DNA of 64,000 nucleotides from NCBI RefSeq assembly GCF_963921235.1, contig NC_086097.1, positions 67,458,001 through 67,522,000 on the forward strand, read 5' to 3'. The stretch's first letter is position 1. Each line of letters opens with the position of its first letter. This DNA is from Mobula hypostoma (Eukaryota). Below the pieces are notes generated by a model. It was not told the origin of the DNA. It did no database searches and saw only the letters and a list, made by a program, of their open reading frames with translations. Position numbers and translations under genes: made by a program. This document shows positions 40,848 to 52,002 of this stretch, in pieces.

Positions 40848-42197
40848 ATGATGACACGGTTTGAGGAATGTAAAAAACAGCAACAGCAGCACGGTGGACG
40901 CGTGCAGGCGCGGCTGCAACCCGAGAACAGCTCGCGGCACCTCGACAGCTCCGAGCAAGAGGCGGCTGCGTGCACGCGCACCAGGTTCGAGGAAAAGCAG
41001 CCAGCGCAGGGTCGGGACTGTTTGAAGACCAACACAAATCTATTTGACTTTGGCGTGTCGGACTCTATGCTCCCTTGGCTAGAAAAGGGAAACGGAACTG
41101 CACAATGCAAACGAGTAAGTGACACGGAGCCAGCGAGTTTACCGGAGACTTGTTATCATGCTTCTGAAGTGAAAAACATGGAAAATAAACCCGATACCGG
41201 AGCCCACGATGCGGACACCACGCGCCAACTGAGACAGGTCGCTGCGGAACCTTACAGCGGCACGAGCGGGATTCGACAGCTCGCGCAAGGTGACAGCGCA
41301 GGCGGGTCGGTTACGGAACCTGACCGCGCGACTGAACTCGAACGGCTGTTTGTGCGAGCCGGCGGCGCGAGCGGGCTGGTGGTGGGACGCTCGGGGGCTC
41401 CTGACAGTTCGGGAAGCTCCAGCGCCAAACTATTCAGTGAGCTTGACAACTGCGAGGGCGGGAGCGCGCCCCCGGCAAACTGGGATTGCACGGAACCACC
41501 ACGCAAACGCCTGTGTTCCCAAGCACTCAACAAACACGCGGACATGTCGTTTGACACGTACAGCACGAACTCTCCACATGCCAGCACGGTTCGCAGTATT
41601 CCACTGGTGCCAACCCAAATGCCAACAATGCACGGAGATTCTTCTTTGGACCCCATGAATAAACTTCTCAGTGACAGCTCAAATAGTTTAGAAAATGACA
41701 AACTGAAAAGAAATGCAGATAGCGAGGATGAAGTACCAAAATGCTCCAAGGATATCTCGAATAACCAAGTAAAATGTGATTCACAGGTGGTATCTGATAC
41801 CTTGAATAAACATCGTTGCCCTAAAACAGCAACCAATAAAAGAATCAGTTTATCCAGGCTGGTGTTAGAGCACATAGCACCTTGTATGAATCAATACGGC
41901 TTATGTTTTGTAGATGACTTCCTGGGGCACAAAATTGGTGACAAAATATTACAAGAAGTCATTGCTCTTCATCAGAGTGGCAATTTTGAGGATGGAGCGC
42001 TGGCAGGTCAGAGTACCAATTCAGATAAAGAATTAACTGCTTCAACCAATAAAACAATTCGTGGCGACAAAATAATGTGGGTGCAGGGTACTGAGCCGGG
42101 CTGTGCATCTATAGGACAACTTCTACAGAGAATGGATAAACTTATATTGCATGCAGATGGGAAATTTGGGCACTACAAAATTAGAGGAAGACACAAG
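40848..42197 (+). CDS. HIF prolyl hydroxylase (EGLN/PHD) long first coding exon 1A: low-complexity N-terminus plus PHD1/PHD2-like N-half of the catalytic domain; probably an alternative first exon of egln3
   Basis: 450 uninterrupted codons; LVLEHIAPCMNQYGLCFVDDFLG...IRGDKIMWVQGTEPGC...GHYKIRGRHK aligns with PHD2 [23 protein letters not shown]...IRGDKITWIEGKEPGC...GSYKINGRTK; ends at AAG|GTTAGT, the conserved EGLN intron position. Confidence 0.9.
40860..41640. other. CpG island over the 5' part of exon 1A
   Basis: Dense CG dinucleotides and high GC in an otherwise CpG-depleted, AT-rich window. Confidence 0.8.
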
Positions 42198-43364
42198 GTT
42201 AGTAGCCAAAATTATATAAACCAGCATGAAAGCATTGAATACATATTTTACAAAATTAACATGTTTGATTTCAATAACAATAATGTCATGATAGTGATAA
42301 AAATTGTTCTTTTGCATTAAGTGCTCTTTAAGAGCTTTTAAAATACACTGTTACCAACAATCCAATAAAATTATCTAATATTAAGAATTATTGGCTAAAC
42401 TAGAAAATAGTACATGAGGAAACAAATTCATATACATGATTGAAAACAGTTTTCTTAACATGTAGAAGGTTCATTGAACATTAACAGATATTAATTTGCT
42501 TTTAGTTGTAAATTTATGATTTTCAGGTGAAGATTTGCTCCATATGAATTAAAAAGGGTAGCAATTTGTGTTCTCTTTTTATCTCTGGACTTTGATCTGC
42601 TAATCCAGGAATAAAACATAGGCATGAATGGGAAGAACCACAATACTATTGAAGAAATAGAAATTCTAGCTCTGAAAATCATTATATTGTATGAATTCTA
42701 CATCTTTGAACAGCAGCTTATCCCCAGAGTAACAAGAATCAATATTAGAGCTGAGATGCAAAAGGTGGGAGGGTTCCATCATTAACCAAGTAACAACAAT
42801 GACACAAAAGCAAAATACTGTGAACGCTGGCAATCTAAAATAAAAATGGGAAAATCTGGAAATTCTCTGCATGTCAGGCAGTATCTGTGGAGAGAGAAAT
42901 GCAATCAACATTTCAATGATCCTTCGTGAGCTGAAAAGTAACGAAAGATTGTTGTGAAGACTGAAGGAGACAGGGTGAAAAGTTTGAGCAGGAGCTGAGA
43001 ATTGGGGGATGTAAACTCCCAGCATCATGGTGTGAGAAAGAGTAATAGATGGGATGCAGCATGAATTAGGAAGAGAACACTGCAATCATAAGCTAAATGA
43101 GAGGGAAGATTATAACACTAGTTCACAAACAAGAGAAAATCTGCAGATACTGGATTTATCTTGCCATTAGTTATTTAGCTTGCCAATTATATCAGGATAC
43201 TCATAGAAGTATAGTCAGTGTTTGATACTGAGTTGTGTTTCTGGTCAAAGAGGTTAGTTTTAAGGAGTGTTGTAAAGTTAGAGAATAAAATGAGGAAGAA
43301 AGGAATAAGGGAGATGGAATTCCAAAACCAAGACAGCCCAAGACAAGACTCTAATAGTAGGATT

Positions 43365-43760
43365 ACTTACTTACTGTCCGTTATGCTGCTGGTGTTTACA
43401 GCAACAATGAATGTCCTTCATATCCGTCTGTCCTTGGCGGTGTTCAGGGTTTCCTTCATCGTGCCAGTAGCTTTCACTACTGTCAGCCATGCAAGTCCCA
43501 GGTGGAGACTCAGGAATACTACTGCACACAGGCGTTGAAGGATTTTGCAATGCTGTTTCTGTTACAGTTTTGTTTGACCAGTCAGGGTTGTCAGCCTGGA
43601 GGACTGCTGGACCACTCTTCATCTGGCCTCTACCTTTGGACTGGGTGACCCTACCAAGAGCCAAAGCATAAAGTGCTGACTCTAGCCAACATAACTATGT
43701 TGGGTCATTGAGGTACACAAGCCTCCAAACCATGGCAAGGTTATGGTCCTCTTGGAGGTC
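43365..43760 (-). mobile_element. RTE-like LINE/SINE 3' end with (TAAG)n tail
   Basis: TTACTTACTTAC tail at ~43363-43374 followed by an RTE-like 3' segment; family assignment tentative. Confidence 0.5.
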
Positions 43761-43854
43761 TAACGCTGGTATAAAGCAAAGGTAAATGAGAGGTTAAGAT
43801 ATGGAGGAACCATAAATTTCAGAGCACTATCTGATTTAAGAGCTTACACAATTT

Positions 43855-44500
43855 TATTTTATTTAGAGATACAGTACAGAATAGGCCCTTCAGGCCCTTT
43901 GAGCCATTCTGCCAGCAATTCACCGATTTAATGCTAGCCTGACCATGGGACAATTTACATTGACCAATTAACCCATTAACTGGTACGTCTTTGGGCTGTG
44001 GAAGGAAACCTGGGCACTCTGAGGAAACACATGCATTCATGAGGAGACGTACAAGCTCCTTATCGACAACGTTGGAAATGAACTCCAAACTCCAACACCC
44101 AAATTTTAACAGTGTTGCACTAACCACTATGCTACTGTAGTGTGGCACGGAAAGGATTATTCGGCTTGTCTAGTCTGTGTTGGCTTCCAGCAGAAAAAAC
44201 CCATCAATCATAAGCCCCCTTTTTATTTCCCTGCAGATCTGCAATTTATTCTCTTTTATGTGCCCACGAACTGTCCTTTGATTTATTTGCCTCTTGGGAA
44301 TACTGAAGGGGAATTTACAGTTGCTAATTAACTCAACAATCCAAACCTCATTTGGTTGTTGAAGAAAAAAGATTACATGGTTTAAATGCACATGCGCACA
44401 GGGAGAACAATACATGGACAGTGCTCGAGGTTGGGATCAAACACGAACAATGCTCGAGGTCATTCAAGCTGTTAGGCAGCAGTGTCAAGAACTGGGCCAT
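43855..44500 (-). mobile_element. Two adjacent tRNA-derived SINE copies (~43855-44140 and ~44190-44500)
   Basis: Minus-strand head GTAGCATAGTGGTTAGTGCAACACTG (A-box-like), GTGTGTTTCCTCAGAGTGCCCAGGTTTCCTTCCACAG core, CR1-like tail. Confidence 0.7.
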
Positions 44501-44599
44501 AGTATCATCCAAATGCAGGGTTGAGAAGTGATATGGCTACAAGGCAGAAGCGAGATTTGATCAAAAGGATGAAGGATTTAAATCTGAGGTTTTGCCACT

Positions 44600-45265
44600 T
44601 CCATAAGGTGCTTAGTCGCAGCAGCCTCTCCAAGACCAACAAATGGTGCAAATTTTTTGTCTTAAACGTTTTTCTTGTGATTGCAAAACCCTGTTAGATA
44701 TAGGTAATGCAAAATGTAGTAAGTCTGGTTCAATAGTTTATTGGCAAGACCAATGGCAGAGGAGCTGTGTGGCCTCAGGTTGTTGTGCGAACCAGACACT
44801 CATGGTGCGGCGTCATCTCTTGCAGCCACCCAGAGGCGGCGGCACTGGAGACGATGTGGGAGAGTACAGAGGCATGGTGGGTGCTCTTAAAATCTATGCT
44901 GAGTTGGGGGCTGGCCCCTACAGGCCGACTCTCCTATCAGTATTGCTCTCCAGTGTTCGCTCCCTGGAAGAAAAGCGGGATTGCCTTCGTCTGCAGCTGA
45001 CCCCAACTGGAACTTGCTGTGTGTTTATTCTTGCAGAAACATGGCTCCAAGATAACATCCCATGTACCACCAGTGTTCAGGCCAGGCCACTCAGGGAACT
45101 GAGCTAATATCATTTTGTGACTGTATGTGCTATTATAATTATTGTTATGTGCTGCATGAGGTGTGACTGTGTGCTACGTTTTGCACGTTGGCCCTGGAGG
45201 AACATTGTTTTGTTTAGCTGTATACAAAATGTATTGTTGAATGACAATTAAGCTTGAACTTGAAC
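44600..45265 (+). mobile_element. Non-autonomous Rex1-derived element (5' end, endonuclease start, 3' tail)
   Basis: LLSSVRSLEEK...CCVFILAETWL (APE N-terminus) joined to a 3' end with (TTGAAC)n tail. Confidence 0.6.
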
Positions 45266-45889
45266 GTCCTAAATGAGAACCAATATAAGTCAGCAAGCAA
45301 GGAAAAGGGTAAGCAAGACTAACTTTGCATGAGCTGAAATTTTATGTAATTCTTAAGATAACATATAACATAAAACAGGGCAGCACATGAACATGCTGTT
45401 TGACACAATGTCTGTGCCAAACAGAATGCCGAATAAAGGGGGTTAGAAATTAACAGACGCAGAGGCAGAGACGGAGATGGTGAAATTAGAGAGGTGGAGA
45501 TAGGTATCTTAGCTGATAGAAAGAAAAGTATGTAGATCTCAGTTTATTGTCATATATTATGTTGTTAACAATGATTCACATACAGCATTTTGAAAGACAT
45601 GGTTATAGAGATAGTGGTTAGTCTGGTTATCATCTTTATATAATTTCCAATAGATTGGAGGGTGACTACACTATTTAATAAGGAAGAGATAAAACATGGA
45701 ACTGATGCCAGTGCTAGAAAAATGCTACAATCTCTAATGAACGAAGCAATAGAAGCCTTGTAGAGAATAATAGCATTGAACAAAGTCAGTACGAATTTAT
45801 GAAAATAATGTATTTGACCAATATGCTGGAGGTGGTTGAGGATACGTCTTAAGGGTGAACCAGTGAATATGGTGCATTTGGACATTTAT

Positions 45890-47790
45890 ATAATCATAAA
45901 GTCATATAGCATGGAACAGGCCTTTAACTACTGGTCCATGCCAACCAAGGACTCCAATCCAAGTTAGTCCCATTTGCCAGAGTCTGGCCCCCAACATTCT
46001 AAACTTTTCCAATATGGATTTCCAATCCATGTGCCTGTCCAACTGTCTTTTAAAAGATAGTTACTGTACCTGCCTCAACCACTTCCTCTGGCAATTGATT
46101 CCACATAGATACCACCCTTTGAGTAAAAATGTTGCCCTTCAAGTTTCTCTTAATTAGTTTTCTGCTCACCTTAAAACTAGTTTTTGATACCCCAACTCCA
46201 GAAAAATAACTCACCCTATCTATGTCATTCATGATTTTATACACATCTAGAAGATTACCTCTTGATCTCCAATACTCTAAGGAGTAAAGTCCCAGCCTGT
46301 TAAAACTCTCCCAATAACTTAAGTCCTGGCAGTATCCACATTAACTCGCTTATGCACTCCTTCCTGTTTATACCAGGGTAACCACACCTGAACACAATAT
46401 TGCAAGCGTGGCTTCACTAGTGTCCTGTACTTTCACATTGTGACCTTCCAGCTTTTATGCTCAATGCTCTGACTTATGAGGCCAGCTTGCTAAGAGCCTT
46501 CATCATCACCCTATCTACCTGGACATTAAATGAACCATGAAACTGTGCTCCTGACCAAGGTTCCTCTGTTTTACAACACCCCTTATGGTCCTGTCAATTA
46601 CTGTAAAAGTGCTATCTGGATTTGACTTTCCAAAATACAACATCTTGCCATTATCCAAATTGAACTCCATTTGATATTCCTCAGCTCAATTACTTAACTG
46701 ATTAAGATTCCTCTGTAGTTTCTGATTATCTTCTTCATTGTCTGCTATACCACCTATTTGAGTGTCCCCTAAAAACTTACTAATCGTGCCTTGTACATTC
46801 TTATTCAACAGATGACAAATATCAATAGGCCCTGCAATGACCCCTGAGGCATACTACTAGTCAAGGGCCCTGAGTCTGAGAAAAAACCTTCTACCATCAA
46901 GCAACTCGTGTATCCAATTAGTCAGTTCTCTCTGGATTCCATGTGATCTAACTTTCAAGGGCAGCCTACCATATGGAACCTTATGAAAGGCCTTACTGAA
47001 GAGTATAAAAACTGTGTCTGCCACCCTGACTTCATCAACCTTCTTGGTCACCTCATCAAGATCTCAAGTTCATAAGACATGATCTCTCATGCACAAAGCC
47101 ATGCTGACTACTCCTGCCTTTCTAAATGCACATTTATTTTATTACTCAAATTCCTCGCCCCAGCTTACCTAACATAGATGTTAGATTTACTGGCTTAATC
47201 CCCAGGGTTATCTTTGCCAGCTATCTTAAATAAAAGCACAGCATTCACTACCCTACAGTTTACCTGAAAACAACAATGATACAAATAATTCAGCCAGGGC
47301 TCCCATAATTTCTTCTCTAGCATCCCACAGTGTTTATAAATAACCAGGTCGTGTCCTGGAGATTTGTCTACTTTTGTACCTTCTCTACTGTAATACAGAC
47401 TAACGCAAGGCCATCCCATTTAATTTTACTAGTTCTGAAGCCATCATGTCTTTCTCCACAGTAAAAACAGAAGAGAAATATTCATTAAGAACCTTGCCCT
47501 TCGACAGCTACACAGAAAGGAGTCCCCTCTGGTCTTTAAGGGATCCTGTTCCTTCTCCAGTTACTCTTTTTTTTCTTAACAATGCTTAAAAATTCTCCCT
47601 TGATTTTCCTTCATCTTCTCTGCAAAGCTACTGCATGCTCCCTTTTTGTCTACTCTAATTTCCCTATCAAGTACACTTTTGCATCTCCTACACTGTTCCA
47701 GGGATTCACTTGATCCCAACTGCTTGTAGCTGACCCATACCTCCTTCTTTATCTTGCCTAGGCCTCAATATCCCTCATCATCCAGCCTTG
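45890..47790 (-). mobile_element. Decayed CR1 LINE
   Basis: FSKAFHKVPYGRL...RSHGIQ; FTQRVVSMWNQLPEEVVEAG; VDKSPGHD. Confidence 0.85.
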
Positions 47791-47829
47791 CCTTGATTTG
47801 AATTGTTTTGATAAGAAATAGCCGGTTTG

Positions 47830-48770
47830 ACAATAAGGTTATAGTGTATGGAATTGGGAGTAATTACACAAATATTGATATAATCAGGCAAAAAGGAAAA
47901 ATCATCCACTTTGTGTCTATCGTGGTCCTGTAGAGATATTAGCTATTTGATTATTGATATATATCAGTGATTCGGTTGAGAAAAGTTAATGTCATAATTT
48001 CATTTTGCAGTCGACATTGTTTGCATGGAAAAAGAAGTAAAGAGGATTGGAGATGGGAGGATGGCAACATAGGTAAACTGGGGTAATGGATGAGAACACA
48101 GCAGATGAGTGAAAAATGTGAAGTCATGTATTTTGATATACAAGGAGAAAACCAGAGCATTTTATAAAATGATGACAGAGAGTATGTTGATGTTCCCAGG
48201 AATCTAGATATGCTTGCACACAAGTCACTGAAAGCCAACATACAAATGAAACAAGCAATTTGTAAGTAAATATAATGTTTGGCTTTAATATGAGATTTGA
48301 ATAATAGAGAAAGGATATATGGACATTGCATATGGAGTTTTGGTATCCCTGCCCAAGAAGGGAAGTAGTTGACATCGAGGGAGTGCAGGAATGACTGACT
48401 AGACTGTTTCTTGAGTGGCATGTTTGAGTAGACCAGGGCTGTTTTCTATAGTTTAGAAGATTGAGTGGAGAGCTCATTGAAACCTATGAAGTCCTCACAG
48501 GGCCAAACAAAATGAATGTATGCAGGATGTTATCCTAGAAACAGAGGTTGTAGTTTAAGAATAACATGCAAGCAAATTAGGACCACATTGAAGAAAAAAT
48601 TATCTCACTCAGGGTAGTTAATCTTAGGAGGTCTTAGAGTGCTGTAGACGCTCTGTTGTTGAGTTCATTTTCAAAAGAGAATTGATAGATTTCTGGATAT
48701 TAAGGGAATCATGCAATATGCAGGAAAATTGTGCTGAGGTACTAGATCAACTCCTACTCCTTATATTCAT
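47830..48770 (+). mobile_element. Very old CR1 RT/3' remnant
   Basis: Degenerate colinear similarity to 49200-50250. Confidence 0.55.
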
Positions 48771-48917
48771 ATACTGTATATCTGTCACACCATATCCACA
48801 ATTATGGTGCAAATGTAACCTGAATCCAGAAGATATATTGTATGGAGGAGTCTCATTCTGTTCCACAATGGAGTGATTTTAGGTGCTTTGTACCATATTT
48901 TATATGGTGCTTTGTAG

Positions 48918-50295
48918 TAGGGATAGTCCGGGTAATTATAGACCAGTGAGCCTCACGTCTGTGGTGGGAAAGCCATTGGAAAAGATTCTTAGAGATAGGA
49001 TCTATAGGCATTTAGAGAATCATGGTCTGATCAGGGACAGTCAGCATGGCTTTGTGAAGGGCAGATCGTGTCTAACAAGCCTGATAGAGTTCTTTGAGGA
49101 GGTGACCAGGCATATAGATGAGGGTAGTGCAGTGGATGTGATCTATATCGATTTTAGTAAGGCATTTGACAAGGTTCCACATGGTAGGCTTATTCAGAAA
49201 GTTAGAAGGCATGGGATCCAGGGAAGTTTGGCCAGGTAGATTCAGAATTGGCTTGCCTGCAGAAGGCAGAGGGTGGTGGTGGAGGGAGTACATTCAGATT
49301 GGAGGATTGTGACTAGTGGTGTCCCACAAGGATCTGTTCTGGGACCTCTACTTTTCGTGATTTTTATTAACGACCTGGATGTAGGGGTAGAAGGGTGGGT
49401 TGGCAAGTTTGCAGACGACACAAAGGTTGGTGGTGTCTTAGATAGTGTAGAGGATTGTCAAAGATTGCAGAGAGACATTGATAGGATGCGGGAGTGGGCT
49501 GAGAAGTGGCAGATGGAGTTCAACCTGGAGAAATGTGAGGTGGTACACTTTGGAAGGACAAACTCCAAGGCAGAGTACAAAGTAAATGGCAGGATACTTG
49601 GTAGTGTGGAGGAGCAGAGGGATCTCGGGGTACATGTCCACAGATCCCTGAACGTTGCCTCACAGGTGGATAGGGTAGTTAAGAAAGCTTATGGGGTGTT
49701 AGCTTTCATAAGTCGAGGGATAGAGTTTAAGAGTCGCAATGTAATGATGCAGCTCTATAAAACTCTGGTTAGGCCACACTTGGAGTACTGTGTCCAGTTC
49801 TGGTCACCTCACTACAGGAAGGATGTGGAAGCACTGGAAAGGGTACAGAGGAGATTTACCAGGATGCTGCCTGGTTTAGAAAGTATGCATTATGATCAGA
49901 GATTAAGGGAGCTAGGGCTTTACTCTTTGGAGAGGAGGATGAGAGGAGACATGATAGAGGTATACAAGATAATAAGAGGAGTAGATAGAGTGGATAGCCA
50001 GCGCCTCTTCCCCAGGGCACCACTGCTCAATACAAGAGGACATGGCTTTAAGGTAAGGGGTGGGAAGTTCAAGGGGAATATTAGAGGAAGGTTTTTTACT
50101 CAGAGAGTGGTTGGTGCGTGGAATGCACTGTCTGAGTCAGTGGTGGAGGCAGATATACTAGTGAAGTTTAGGAGACTACTAGACAGGTATATGGAGGAAT
50201 TTAAGGTGGGGGCTTATATGGGAGGCAGGGTTTGAGGGTCGGCACAACATTGTGGGCCAAAGGGCCTGTACTGTACTGTACTATTCTATGTTCTG
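48918..50295 (+). mobile_element. Young 5'-truncated CR1 LINE in the intron between exons 1A and 1B
   Basis: NYRPVSLTSVVGK, IDFSKAFDKVPH, GVPQGSVLGPLLF, KFADDTK; a single in-frame TAG at 49237-49239 splits the RT; CTATTCTATGTTCT tail. Confidence 0.95.
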
Positions 50296-51299
50296 TATTT
50301 ATACCAGATAAGAACTAGAACAATAACTATTATTCCAGTCAATTCCAAGGTGCATTATCAACTCAAGAATGATGCTTAGACAATGGAAAACTAATCAAGA
50401 CCATGGTCATTTTGGATGCTTTAAATGAAGGTGGAGAAGGGAGGCATAAACATTGATGAGTTAATGTTGCTGTTCAACTTAGTTTAAATGCACAGTTAAG
50501 TAATGATCTTATGTTCTTCTATTACACACATCACATAAACAAAAATTATAATTTTTTTTAAAGGTTATTAATGAATATTTCTCCTGTTTTTACTGTTGAA
50601 AAAGACATGAAGGCTTCAAAACTAGAAAATGATTTTGAGAAGTTATATTAGTGCTTAAGTTCATACATTATTAATGAAGCAACATAATCTTTAACTAATA
50701 ATTAACATACTGGAACATATTTGGTCAGCGAATCCATTGTTTTCCAGATATGCCGTATTTGCCTCTCATTCCTTAATTGGTCAAAAGTATGCTACTTTTA
50801 GTAAGTCATTCCGTTATAAACGAACAACAGAAATTGGAATAGGCCATTTGGCCCATAAGCTTGCTTTGTATTTGGGTATTTCTGAAAAGGCTTAATTAAA
50901 TTAATAATTAGATTTCAAACGATCACATTAAAACTATAAGATATACTCAGCTAGTTAAACGCCCTGAATAGAGGGCAACTGATGTAACGTTTCAAATTAT
51001 GACAGCTTATCAGAACTTGAAAAAGTTAAAGATAATCAAATGGGAAGGAAAAAATAAAAGTTTCATGATGATGTGGAAAGCAAAAGTTAAACAATGAAAT
51101 ATATATTGCTGTAAAGTGAAATAAAACTTAAATGTTTCTTCCTTCACCTTTCCGTGCCAGTCAGAATCACCAAGAAAAGTGACATTAATATGGCGAGGTC
51201 GTTGAATAATTCGCTTATTTTGATTGAAGAAATGACTAATATGGGGAATTTTGCACTACTGGGAGACTGGATGGAGGGGGTATTGTTTTTATCCACCTA

Positions 51300-51663
51300 T
51301 CTGATTGCTGTGCAAATCGACGCGATATTGCCTACATGCTGCGCTGGGATTCCTCAATGGCGACGAGGGCTGGGCCTACCCACAAATGTTCCCGGCACCT
51401 CCCACTCGCACACTGGGCACGTCGCATCTAGTGAGTAATGGCACGTCCCCCGTTCTCTGGTTTGAAGTAGTCCAGTGCGCAGCTGCCTTTAATTCCGGCG
51501 ACGTGGGTGGGTAGATCGGCGCCGAAGTGAGAAGGTTTTTGCGACCTATCTGGCTATGAGTAAGAAGCGGTTTATGAATTAACAAACATATCAGGTGGAA
51601 TCCCCGGTCAAAAGTTTCTTCAAATTGGCGACACATTCGACAAATAGCAAAAAATATAGCAGG
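51300..51663 (+). promoter_or_regulatory. Putative CpG-rich promoter/5' UTR of exon 1B with clustered HRE cores
   Basis: CACGT at 51418-51422 and 51442-51446, ACGTG at 51501-51505; local CpG enrichment. Confidence 0.65.
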
Positions 51664-52002
51664 ATGTTTTCAGACCTTGAGAAGCTGGCGAAAGAGTGTA
51701 TCGTACCTCGTTTAAACGAACATGGTTATTATTTCATTGACAACTTTTTGGGAAGAATGATCGGCGATTGTATTTTTGAAGAAGTACGAAATTTGCATTT
51801 TGTTGGAGAGTTACGGGATGGACAGTTGGCTGGTCGGAGAACTGGTTACTCCAAAAGACACCTGCGGGGTGACCAAATTGCATGGATCAGGGGCTCCAAA
51901 GACAATTGCAATGCAATAGACTTCCTTCTTTCATCACTTGATAAACTTGTAATGCTTTGTGGAGGGAAGTTGGGACATTATAACATAAAAGACAGATCTC
52001 AG
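51664..52002 (+). CDS. egln3: EGLN3/PHD3 first coding exon (1B)
   Basis: MFSDLEKLAKECIVPRL...IDNFLG...LRDGQLAGRRTGYSKRHLRGDQIAWI...YNIKDRSQ aligns with PHD3 [15 protein letters not shown]...LDNFLG...LRDGQLAGPRAGVSKRHLRGDQITWI...YYVKERSK; perfect donor CAG|GTAAGT. Confidence 0.92.

Noticed and set aside
41252..41875. 207-aa antisense ORF and other overlapping ORFs in exon 1A
   Set aside because: Expected by-product of GC-rich coding sequence; no recognisable domain
42198..42320. C-terminal 40 aa of the 492-aa ORF (VSSQNYINQ...IVLLH) and AATAAA at 42364
   Set aside because: Lies past the conserved donor AAG|GTTAGT; AT-rich intron read-through with no PHD similarity, so not a single-exon gene
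48882..48916. GGTGCTTTGTA direct repeat around a small hairpin at the CR1 5' junction
   Set aside because: Both copies are on the same side of the element, so not a TSD; too short to interpret
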